This document shows positions 28,181 to 39,896 of a DNA stretch of 64,000 nt, piece by piece. The notes beneath the pieces were generated by a model, which saw nothing but the letters and a program-made list of their open reading frames with translations, had not been told where the DNA came from and did not search any database. The stretch comes from the human T2T-CHM13v2.0 reference genome, Homo sapiens. The DNA lies in NCBI RefSeq assembly GCF_009914755.1, contig NC_060926.1. The stretch is one strand, 5' to 3'. Numbering within the stretch: position 1 is the first letter of the stretch; the number at the start of each line of letters is the position of its first letter. The position numbers were made by a program, and so were the translations under genes.

Positions 28181-28965
28181 CAGTAGTTCCCGTTTATCTG
28201 AGGCTTGGCTTTGCAGTTTCAGTGGTCAGTTGTGGTTTGAAAATATTGAATAGAAAATTCCAGAAATAAACAACATGTTTTAAACTGTGCCCTGTTCTGA
28301 GTTAGCATGATGAAATTTCATGCAGTCCAACTCCAGCCCACTGGGGCTGTGAGTCATTGCTTTGTCTAGAGTATCCACATTTTATATGCTACCTGCCCAC
28401 TAGTCACTTAATAGCTGTCTTGGTTATCAGATTGACCGTCACTGTATTGCAGTGCTTGTGTTTAACCCTCATTTTACTTAATAATGGCCCTAAAGTGCAA
28501 GTATGGTGATGCTGGCAATTTGGATATGCCAAAGAGAAGGGGAAAAATGTTTCCTTTAAGTGAAAAGTTGAAAGTTCTGGACTTAATAAGGAGAGAAAAA
28601 AATTGTATGCTGAAGTCGCTAAGATCTACAGTACAGTAAGATATTTTGACAGACCGTATTCACGTAAGTTTTATTACACTATATTCTTACAACTTATTTT
28701 TTTAATTTAAAATATGGAATGCCTAACGAATATGCGTGTCATCCTTGCGCAGGGGCCATGCTAATTACCGTATCATTCCAATTTTAGTATATGTGCTGCT
28801 GAAGGGAGCGTTTTTCTATTTTATTATTGTTGATCTTTTACTATGTCTAATTTATAAATTAAACTTTCATGTATATACAGGAAAAAAAACATAGTATATA
28901 TAGGGTTCAGCACGAGCACGGTTTCAAGGCATCCACCAGGGGTCTTGGATAAGGAGAAACTGCTG
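28181..28965. mobile_element. MER44 (Tigger7-derived) DNA transposon fossil, interrupted by U6
   Basis: TA|CAGTAGTTCCCGTTTATC...GATAAGGAGAAACTGCTG|TA terminal inverted repeats with TA TSD. Confidence 0.8.
28709..28810 (-). pseudogene. RNU6: U6 snRNA retrocopy
   Basis: Reverse complement of near-full U6 (AAAATATGGAA...CAGGGGCCATGCTAAT...GTGCTGCTGAAGGGAGC); ACAGAGA box damaged; T-rich tail on the left; sits inside MER44. Confidence 0.92.
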
Positions 28966-29174
28966 TAGTTAATGATAAGAAAATGCAGATGAGTTGTGAA
29001 AGATGAGATGTAAAATTAGGCTGTGTAATCACAAATTGAAAAAAATGTCTTTATAAATAGGAAAAGGTAATAATCATGTGTCCTTTAGAATAGGAAGATT
29101 TTAGATTTTTGTTCTATATTTTCTAAATTGCTTTATACTAAATTTCTTTTGTTCAAAATATTTTTCCTACGTAG

Positions 29175-29233
29175 AACAAAGAGGTGAAGAAAAAGACTTT
29201 AGAGTCAAAGAAAGTATCTGCATCTACCTTAAA
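29175..29233 (+). CDS. ZNF638: ZNF638 coding exon (NKEVKKKTLESKKVSASTLK)
   Basis: tag|AAC and AA|gtaag; 59 nt, phase 0-2. Confidence 0.92.
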
Positions 29234-29465
29234 GTAAGTGACTTTATGATTTCATATGTGAGAATGAAATGTGCATATGACTTAAGAAATTTTAATTTTT
29301 AAAACCGCATTTTAAATATATTTTATCACTATAACTATAGTTTAAGAGGGATATCACTCCAATTGAATTATTTTAAACGTTTTTAGGTTTAAATATTACA
29401 TTTTTAGGATTTTGTAGAACTTAGAATTCCTAAGTTGCTGCTAAATTTTTTCTCCTTTTAAATAG

Positions 29466-29518
29466 AAGAGATGCAGATGCTTCAAAAGCTGTTGAAATTG
29501 TTACTTCAACTTCTGCTG
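29466..29518 (+). CDS. ZNF638: ZNF638 coding exon (RDADASKAVEIVTSTSA)
   Basis: tag|A and G|gtaag; 53 nt, phase 2-1; TAGAAG tandem acceptor. Confidence 0.92.
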
Positions 29519-31988
29519 GTAAGTTGTTACTTTTAATATTCTTTCAAATGAGTGTATCTTGTCAGTTTAGTAGAAACTTAGATGATGATGCTATGAAGAC
29601 ACTATTGTGCTTTAATGAAGGAGACCCAAATTACATTCTTTAATTGGCCCCTGTATTAAGCAGGCGGTTAATATTTAATGCTGTGTAATTACAGAATCAC
29701 TTCTGGAGTAAATACAACAAATCTGTGAGATAATGTATGTGAAATAGCTATCGTAGTTCCACAGTTAATAGCTGTTTTTTACATGTTTAGGTTAGTTATG
29801 CAATATCTCCCTCCATCCCTTCCCGATAAACCCACAAGACACAAAACATAAGAAAGGTATGTTAAGAATGCTTATCTGGTCCTCTTTGATTTTGGAGGTT
29901 GAGAGCCAAAAAGCAAGCAAAAAAGACTATCCAGAAATGGATGCTATCATACTCATGTACTAAAAGCTATTTCTTTATACTCAGGAAAATACTTGAAGCC
30001 ATCATTATGAATCTAGTTAAATAAATTTTGCATACAGTTTTATAATCCGGGTTCTCCTTTTTCTTAGTCCATTTAGGACTAGAAAGGTGGAAAGTTTTGA
30101 GACTAGTACTAGTGAGAATAAACAGCTCGATAGTGAAAGACAGGAAAGAAAAGCTAAAATAAGGCAGAGACAAATTTAGGAACTTACATTGCGTTTTGTA
30201 TGTTCTGTTTGGGGAAGGTAAAAATATAGTGTGTTGGTTTTTCTAACTGGAATGAGGTAAGAATTTAGGCACTAAGTTTTACTAGTGAGGTGAAAATTGG
30301 ATTGTGGAATATCTCATTTCCCCGTAATGTTTAGTTGTATAGAGTATTGAAGTATTGAAGGTTAGCAGAGATACTATGAATGGCTTCTGGAAGGCAGTAC
30401 ATTTTGATTAAGATTTTAAATTAGGTAACATTATGTGAAGAGATAAAATGTGGAGGCAGAAGATTACTTCATCTGGGGGGCACACAACAACAAAGGTAAC
30501 AAAGTTCAATTATTCTATTGAAGGCCTTGAAGGGTCATGCTGAGAAGTTTTCAAATTTGACCCCATTAGTAGCATTTTCAGAATGTGTCATGTTAAAGAG
30601 TAATTTCTGAAAGAAGTTTTGGGTAAAAAGGTTTGGGGTGTGTGTTATAGCTATTTTTTCTCTTTTGAAAAAATAATTCACAGAACACATTTTATGAAAT
30701 CCTTCAGGAAAGAAACCTATTTAGCTTTGTTTAGTCCACTGTTTCCTAAGCTTGGCAAAAGTACACTCCATTTTTTCTGGATAAGAGCTAGTAAAAATTG
30801 GTACAGACTCTGGGAAATTGCAGTAGAGAATATGGAGCCACTCACTAATTGTTTAGGATTCTTATATAGATTGGATAAATTGGAGAGATGTGAAAATCCC
30901 ACTGAGAAAAAACAGTTGGGCTTCACTTTGGGATGATGAGGACCTGATGTGAAAAAGGTTAATTTAAGTGATGTGAGGAGGTAAAATTTGCATTTTATTA
31001 TATGGAATTTTTCAGTAAGTGAGTTTAAAAAATTTTTTAAATAATTATAAAATTTCCAAGTTTCAGTCCTGATAGGTTTTACTAAGAGTGCGATGATATT
31101 ATTGATTACAATTGGAAAACTCACAGTGGTGCCTTTGAATTTGGGGTTAGGTCCTTAGATTTCAACATTACCAAGTTTCAGCTGTCACGAGTATCTGCTA
31201 GAGATATTCTTTAGTCAGCCAATCATATGGCATTGAAAGTGAGATACTTGGGAATTTTTTTAAGTTTAAGGTCTAAATTTTGGAAAGCTAAAATACTTCC
31301 TTGCAATATAAATGTAGAAAGAAAAAGGAGCCTATAAACAGGACTGAGAAAGTGACAGGTGAGAAAGGAAGGGTACTTGATAATTTTTTGAGATCCGCTC
31401 AGATTGAAGAGTGACAGGAAGAGTTAATTAGGGCAGTTTTAAGGATAAATTTGATTATAAGCACAGGGAGGAAGCAAGAGTGTAATTTGATCATGAATGG
31501 AAACATTCGAGCTCTTACCCAGTACTAATTAAAAAGAAAAATAGTAATTACTGAGTAGCTATTATATGCCCATGATAGGGGGCACTTTGTAGAGGCTTAG
31601 GATGTATCAGTGGACCAAATAGGCATGGCTGTCCCCAGACAGTTTACATTTTTAACTTGAGGTGACAAATATTAAATATAAAATAAACATTAAATAATAT
31701 GAGTTTTAGAAAATGAGAAGTTCTGTGACACAAAGCTAAAGCAGAACCAGGGTAAAGGTGATGCAGGATTAGTTTGTTTTAAAGTTAGAATTTAGTGTAC
31801 AAAATAAGGTAAAAATGACTTATTAAGTAGACAGGCCTACTAACATAATCTGTACCAGAAGAGAGAAAACAAGGAAAAGAAGCCTCACATTTGTGGGTAT
31901 GATATTTATGCTGGACACATGGGCACATAGTATATTTATGTTATTTTGTTTAATCTTTCAAACCGTTCTTTGAGTTGTAGTTAATGTT

Positions 31989-32281
<293 letters not shown>

Positions 32282-32510
32282 TCATTTTCTAGAAGAGATA
32301 GATTCAGAAAGGTTAAATGAGTCAGGGCCACATGGAGGAGTTAGAATTTGAACGCAAAACTTTATGATTCCAAAGCGTTGCATATACTAAATTACCTCCC
32401 TCAAGAATGAAAACTTCTTGATTTTCTTGGATCACTACTTTTCTCCAGCCTTTCTAGTTTTCCTAATAATCTTTTCCTCTTCTCATGTCATGCTTTTCTT
32501 CCTGGGTGGT

Positions 32511-32847
32511 TTGTTTTTTTTTTTTTTTCTTCTTTTATTGAGATGGAGTTTCACTCTGTTGCCTAGTTTGGAGTACAGTGGCATGATCTTGGCTCACTGC
32601 AACCCGTGCCTCCCAGGTTCAAGTGATTCTGCCTCAGCCTCCCGAGTAGCTGGGATTACGGGTATGCGACACTATGCCTGGCTAATTTTTCTTTTTTTTT
32701 TTCTTTTTCTTTTTTTTTTTTTTTTTTAGTAGAGATGGGGTTTCACCTTGTTGGCCAGGCTGGTCTCAAACTCCTAACCTTAAGTGATGCACCCACCTCG
32801 GCCTCCCAAAGTGCTGGGATTACAGGTGTGAGCCACCATGCCTGGCC
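32511..32847 (-). mobile_element. Alu (AluS-like) with expanded linker
   Basis: Antisense dimer. Confidence 0.9.
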
Positions 32848-34029
32848 CTCTTCCTGGGTGATTTCTTTCCTGTCAGTCTTTAAGGACATCTCCCTTACGT
32901 ACATAAACTCTTCTATCCCCTTGAGTATACTCTTCTCATTTTCTTATATTATTTAACAGTTACCACTAATCATCCGGTAGAGTAGTTCTTAACCCTGTCT
33001 TCTCTTTTCTTCTGTTCAACATAATTCAGATTTAGATAACATCCTTCCCCTTTTCAGCCAATCAGTGGCGGATCCATATTAGTTTTCCACTGACTCTACT
33101 TCAGCTCTCAAATTCTTTATATGTAGCTCCATCATGCCTGTAACTCCTTTTAATTCAGACCTGTCGTCTCACATTTGAACTTTGGAAGATAGCCTCCTGA
33201 CTGGTATTTTTTATTCCATACTCTGCTTTATTATACACGTTGTTGCCCAGAGGTCTCTTTAAAGCAGATCTGATCATTCTACTTCTAGCAACCAGTGGAA
33301 TAAAGTCCAAATTCTTTGGCTTTCCATAAATTATTCTTTGCCCTTTGACCCCAGATTATCTTTTGAACCTATTAACAGTCAACTGTGTATTATTTTGTAG
33401 TCACTCAGAATAGTTTATTTTCCATGTTACTTCATTCCTTGGTTCTTTATTTATGCTGTCTATTTGCATGGAATTGATGGCTGACTTCATTTAACTTCAG
33501 TAAGCACTTAATAGGTCGCAGGCAAGGTACTGAAGATAAAAAGTCAGTTAAGACTTCTTTTGGGGAGAGTTGGAGGACAGATTCTGATTTATCCTGTAAG
33601 GCTCATCTCTGATGAAACTTCCTTGATCGAATGATTTTTTTCTCTTGTTATGGCTTTTCTCTTTTTTAGAAATAATATGTCCCCTTTTCTTTTTACCTTT
33701 TCAGTTCCCAGCTGAAAATGACATTCTTTTAAATCTAATTATAAAAGTAATGAATGTTTATTGTGAAAATTTTAAAATATTTCAGAAAATGTTTAAAGAA
33801 AGTGATTTACACCATTCAGAGATCACCTCTTGTTTATTTGCTTAAGTCAGTTATTTTCCCAATAAAAGCCCTTTGCTCACCTGTGGGAACTCCCACATGT
33901 GAGTTCCACCAAATCTTTCAGAAAGCAATATCGATTTCAGCTATACCATGGCATTCAGGAGAAGGGAAAGCTTCCTGTAAAAGGGGAAATGAGAAAAGGT
34001 GGGGGAACAGGCTAATACATCAAATACTG

Positions 34030-34765
34030 ACAAAGACACTACACACCTATCAGAATGGCTAAAATAAAAAATACTGATAGCACCAAATGCTGATGAGTAT
34101 GTAGAGAAACTCATACATTGTGTGCAAGAGCAATTGTGAAATAGTACAGCCATTCTAGAAAAGAGTATGACAGTTTAACTTAACAAAACTAAACACATGC
34201 TTACCATATGACATCACTTACACTCTTGGGCACTCATCCCAGAGAAATGAAAACTTAGCTCATACAAGGGCCTATACACGAGTATTTATGGGTACTTTGT
34301 TTATAATTGCCCCAAACTGGAAACAACCCAAATGTTCTTCAGTGGATGAATGGCTATTTTAAAAAGTTTTATATTATAAAATTTCATGTATATCACATTG
34401 AAATGAAATTACAGAGAGAGAACAGATTAGTGATAGGGTTGGTGGGAGGGAGGTGGCTATTGCTATAAATGGGTTTTAGAAGAGATCATTATGAAGGAAC
34501 CATTCTGTATCTTGGCTGGTGGTAGTCACACTGATCTACACCTATGATAAAATTTCAGAGCTAAGTACACATTACATGTAAAATGAGTGAAATCTGGGTG
34601 TTGGTAGATTGTATCAATTGTGTCAGTTTTCTGTCTGTGATACTGTACTACAGTTATGCAAAGTGTTAACCATTGGAGGGAAACTGGGTGAAGGGTATAT
34701 GGGGTCTCTCCTTTTTTCATACAACTCCATGTGAATTTACAATTATCTCAAAAGTGAAAGTTAAA
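34030..34765 (+). mobile_element. Old L1 (L1MC/ME-type) 3' end
   Basis: CACCTATCAGAATGGCTAAAAT...CCAAACTGGAAACAACCCAAATG...AATTATCTCAAAA. Confidence 0.7.
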
Positions 34766-35050
34766 TATTTTTTAATTGCTGACAGCTTTCATAAAACTAT
34801 AGAATTATATGTAGGAATATTAATGTTAAATTTTAGTGTAAAATTTTAACATATAGTGTCTGCGAGCACTTTGAATAATGGACTATGCACAAGAGAGGGT
34901 CGTATTGGAAGTATAAAGATGGTTCAAAATGAGGAAATCTGTTAATTCAATACTACCATATTAAAAAAAGAACATATGATCCTTTCCATAAATACTGAAA
35001 GGGATATTAACTTCAACATCCATTTCTAGCATTTAAAAAAGAAATCTTAG

Positions 35051-35258
35051 CATGGGCATCATAGTGAGACCCAGTCTGTATCAGAAATTAAGAAGTTATC
35101 TGGGCATGTTGGCATGTGCCAGCTACTTGCAAGGCTGATCTGGGAGGATTGCTTGAGCCCAGGAGGTCGACGCTTCAGTGAACTGTGATCGTGCTACTGT
35201 ACCCCAGCCTATGCAACAGAGTGAGACCTTGTCTCAAAAAAAAAAAAAAAAAAAAAAA
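35051..35258 (+). mobile_element. 5'-truncated Alu
   Basis: Partial dimer with A tail. Confidence 0.82.
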
Positions 35259-35787
35259 GTTTCTTAAATTTATGATATGTATGTGTGTGTATATACTTTT
35301 ATTTATGCACACACATACATATACAAGTACACATATGTTAAAAGCCAGCATATGTTTAATAATGCATTAGATGCATTCCCATTAAGGTTGGGAACTAAAC
35401 TGAGAATATGCATCAACACCTCTTTCAGTTAAAATAAATATTTTTTAAAACTAATAACCATTAACCAGTACAATGTAATTCAAGAGGCATGGAAATTGGA
35501 AAGTAGGATACACCGTTATTTGCAAATATGATAGTACGAAGGAAAACCTAAGAGAATCAATTATACAGTGCTATTTAATTATAATTACCCATCTTAATTC
35601 TCTAATATGTCATGTTTAATTGCTTTTTAAAGAAGAGCTCCTTATGTAATCTAATATTAAATAGTCCATTTATAATAATAAAAATGGTAGAAGTTATAAA
35701 AAGAAAACTAAAATATTAAAAGGCGTAAAATGAGCCTTAAATGAAAAAATGGCATTCTTGGATAGAAAGCTTCACTGTTATAAGATG

Positions 35788-35966
35788 CCTTTTTTTTCTT
35801 TTTTTCTTTTCTTCTTTTTTTTCTGTTGCCCAGGCTGGAGTTCAGTTGTGGAATCTCAGTTCATTGCAGTCTCCACCTCCCAGGTTCAAGTGCTTCTTCC
35901 ACCTCATCCTCCTGAGTAGCTGGTATTACAGGCCAGAGACACCTCATCCAGCTAAACCTTTTTTTT
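35788..35966 (-). mobile_element. Alu right arm
   Basis: Antisense monomer. Confidence 0.8.
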
Positions 35967-36329
35967 CTTTATACACTAAGTATAAAGAATAATAGCAATA
36001 AAACATTTTAAATTACATAAGCTGATTCTAAGTTTATATATTATAAGAAATTAACATAGAAGAATAGGCAGGACAGTTCTTTAAAGAAAACAATGAAAAC
36101 AGACTATCCACAATAAATATTAAAATATATTACAAAGTTCGAAGATTTAGAGTAGTTTCATATAGTTACATAGACAAAAAGTAGGACAGAAGAGAGTCCA
36201 GAGATATTTCCCAAAACATACAAAACATCAGTAAATTTGTATGATAATATTTCGTTTTAGTTGGGAAAAGATCAATTATTCATTAAATTAGCTACTTTTT
36301 TTTTACTTTTGATAAAAGTAAAAGCACTT

Positions 36330-36612
<283 letters not shown>

Positions 36613-37036
36613 GTAAAAGTGCTTATATCAAACTGCAGTTGGATCAAAGATTTACTATGATACATAAGATGATAACAGTATTCTTTAAGTGTGGAGAATA
36701 TTTTTTGTAAAATTTAGGTTGAGAAGTCCTTCCCAATCAGGAAGACATTTGACTACATAAAATGTATTAATGCATAAGTATTTTGAGTGACTTTAAAAAA
36801 TTGTTAACCTATGTGTTAATTTTCTTAAGGAACTCTAATAAAAAATAAGAAGCCTCAACCCAAAAGATAAATTGGAAAATAGTATGATTAGGCAGATTAT
36901 AGAGAAAGAAGTAGAGATGACTTTTAAACATATGAAGACGGATACAACTACACTTATAATTAAAGAAAAAAAAATCCTACCAGTTTCCATTTCACATTGG
37001 GAAGGTTGATCATTTCAGTTAACCATGTTAGGTTTT

Positions 37037-37582
37037 TGTAGGAGATTGGTCAGGGTGGTGGGAAAAGTTATAAGGAGAGACGCAAACCTTCTTGGAAGTC
37101 CTGGGAGGTTTTGCAAAGCTTCGGGAGAGAATAAAGGCTGAAGGCAGCTAAATTCTCTTACCCTGAGGCTAAGGGCAAGTAGTAGGTAACAAAGGAGTGT
37201 AAAGGAATTTATCTAGATAAGTTTATTTACTTTTGCCGACCTTTGATCATCCGACCTTTGATCATCCGACCTTTGATCATCTGACCTTTGATCATCTGAC
37301 CTTTGATCATCCGACCTTTGATCATCTGACCTTTGATCATCCGCGTGCAGGACTGCTCCCTACAGGCGGGGGCAACAATTACCCACAGATTGTGTTGGCT
37401 CCAGGCCTTTGTCATTAAATCTGTACTAAATAAATACAAGCAGCTCCAGCTTATTGGGGCTGCGTTCTCTCTTCGGCGTCTCTAAGGCCGAGCAGTTTCC
37501 TAGCTGCGCTCACGCAAAATACCTGTGTCTGCGTACTTTTTTCATCCGTCGCTCGGCCAGAGTCGGTGGATCAGACTCAGCA
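37037..37582 (+). mobile_element. 5' LTR (LTR22-type)
   Basis: TGTAGGAGAT...CAGCA, 546 bp, AATAAA at 37429-34, directly followed by the PBS. Confidence 0.9.
37236..37340 (+). repeat. 7 x 15-bp tandem repeat C(C/T)GACCTTTGATCAT in the 5' LTR, each unit holding a TCF/LEF consensus
   Basis: Seven exact-period units read directly; only one copy at the homologous 3' LTR position (44494-44508). Confidence 0.97.
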
Positions 37583-37584
37583 GC

Positions 37585-37602
37585 TGGTGCCCCTCGTGAG
37601 GA
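37585..37602 (+). promoter_or_regulatory. Primer binding site, elongator tRNA-Met type
   Basis: TGGTGCCCCTCGTGAGGA matches the tRNA-Met(CAU) 3' complement TGGTGCCCCGTGTGAGGA at 16/18; a Met PBS is characteristic of HML-5. Confidence 0.85.
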
Positions 37603-37725
37603 ACACTGCAAGGGATCACGACGGAACCCCCGAAAATGAAGGCGAAGAGACTGTGCAGTCAGTAAGTCATTGGTGCCCACTCGGGATATCCAAGTTCAGG
37701 GGAATTCTCAGACTAGAGTTTCATC

Positions 37726-39282
37726 ATGAGACAACAGCTGTCCGCACAACAGAAACAGTATATAAAAGTATTGAAACAACTGCTTAAAGCTAGCAGAGCC
37801 TCGGTTTCACAGGCTCAGTTAAGGGTCCTAAGGCAAACTGTTGTTTCCCATAATCCATGGTTCCCAGCAGAAGGCATGCTGGACCTAGAGCTCTGGGAAT
37901 AAGTGGGGAGAAATCTTAAACAATACCATAAACAAGGGCAACGGGTCCCAGTAACATCTTTAACCTTATGGGCCTTAGTTAGGGCTGCTTTGGCCCTGCT
38001 GTACACAGAAGATCCCAAGAAGGGAAGGGAGAAGGAACCATCACCTACCTTACCGCCGCCTCCTCTTCCCTCAGCCCTGCCATTACTGGGTAAAGATACC
38101 AAAGAGGAAACAGAGGTTTTCCCTGAGCCCCCTCCCCCAATAAATTGGAAAAAAGACAAGGGATACACTACAGCTGTGGGACCCTGTCTTAGGCAAGTGG
38201 CATTAGAAGGGGAGCTCTTAACCTGCCCGGTAATGCAAGATCAGCAAGGTACTCAGGTATATGAACCCATTTCTTTTGACGCTTATAAAGATAAGAAAAA
38301 GCATCAGAGCAAACGGAGCTGCTAGTCCATTTATGAAAGGATTAATTGAAGCCATAGCAGACAACTTCTGTTTGGCCCCATGGGACTGGTCAGTGCTAGC
38401 TAAAACAACTTTAGAGCCCAGTCAGTACCTCCTCTGGAAGACAGAGTATGATGAGTTGTATGAACAACAAGCCAACCAGAATCAATTGGCCGGGCAAAAC
38501 ATAACAGCTGCTATGCTTCAGGGGAGGGGTTCCTATGCCAGTGTCCAACAACAATTAAGTTTTGTTCCCTAAGCCTATGCACAAGTGTCTTTGTGTGCTA
38601 TGAGGGCTTGGGACTGAATTCCCGAATTCCGAAAGCGGAAGTTCAACAAGGATCTTTATAAATGTTCGACAAGGGCCTCAGGAGCCATTTTTTGAATTTA
38701 TCAATCGGTTAACCCAGGCAATTAAGAGACAAATTAGTCATCCCCAGGCCGCTGATAATCTTATTGTTGCAGTTGGCTTATGAAAATGCTAACGTCGACT
38801 GCCAACAAGCAATGCAGGCAGTCAGAGGAAAGGCAGTTACGGCCAGGGAACTTACACGAGCACGTCAACTGGTGGGGACTGAAACACACAAAGCCAAAAT
38901 ATTGGCCATGGCAATAAAGTCTCCTGAAGTGAAAAGGGAGAAAACCCCAAATTGTTTTCTGTGTGGAGAGCCAGGTCATAAGAAGAGGCAGTGCCCCACT
39001 AGTAGAGACCAAGGTAACTCAGCAAAAGAACCCCCTTCTATATGCCCCCGACGTAGAAAGGGGAAACGTTGGGCAAATCAGTGCAAGTCCAAATTTGATA
39101 AAGATGCCAACCACCTAAGTAATCAGGTGGGAAACTTCATGAGGGGCCAGCCCCAGGCCCTGCTCCAAACTTGGGCAATGCCAGCGGCTTTCCTCGGTCA
39201 ATTGGAAAGCCCACAGTCCACTCTCTCAGAACAGCCACCTCTGGGAGCGCAGGATTGGGCTTACTCTGCCCCAACGAATTAG
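37726..39282 (+). pseudogene. gag: HML-5 gag (disrupted)
   Basis: MRQQLS...NPWFP matrix start (Gly2 lost), stop at 37900, frameshifts, QGPQEPF MHR-like segment, CFLCGEPGHKKRQC zinc knuckle. Confidence 0.88.
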
Positions 39283-39896
39283 TGCTAAAAGGAGAAGACC
39301 CTAAAAGGATTGCAACAGGGATCTGGGGCCCACTGCCTCCAGAACAGTGGGATTGGTCCTAGGATGATCAAGCCTATCCAGCAAAGGAATTAATGTGCTC
39401 ACCAGGGTAATTGATAGTGATTATCAAGATTGAGGTATTAGTTATGATGGAATGTAAAGGTCTGCATATTCTTCCCCCTAAATCTAAAATAGCTCAGTTA
39501 CTATTCTTACCGTACTGGGTCCCCAATGCCCAGGGAAAGAGGAAGGGAAGTTTTGGAAGCACGGGAGCCGTAGGAGTGTATTGGAACCAGTTAATCACTG
39601 ATCAGAGACCCATGATTACCTTAAAAATCGGAAATAAGAATTTTACTGGCTTATAGGATACAGGGGTGAATATTTCGATTATTAGTTATCAAAACTGGTC
39701 AGAAACTTGGCCTTGGGTCACTCAGAAACAAAAAATTGTCAGCACTGGCTAAGTGCACACAGCCAAGCAGAGCACACACCCCCTAACGTTGTGATTTGGA
39801 GGGAAAAAACAGTTAGCAACTCTAAACATGACTGTCCCTGTTAACCTTTGGGGACGGGACCGATTAGCCCAATGGGGGCTGCAAACCCCTTTCTAA
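39129..39896 (+). pseudogene. pro: HML-5 pro (dUTPase remnant plus protease, disrupted)
   Basis: G GGA AAC slippery heptamer at 39129 in the correct gag register; GVIDSDY, KIAQLL and GSFGSTG dUTPase motifs; L*DTG active-site remnant. Confidence 0.8.

Noticed and set aside
37227-37439. Repetitive ORFs (TFDHP)n and (MIKGQ/R)n
   Set aside because: Translation artefacts of the 15-bp LTR tandem repeat; it is not CRISPR either, as there are no spacers
37671-37688. Second PBS-like motif TGGTGCCCACTCGGGATA
   Set aside because: Not adjacent to the LTR and no convincing 18-nt tRNA match by eye
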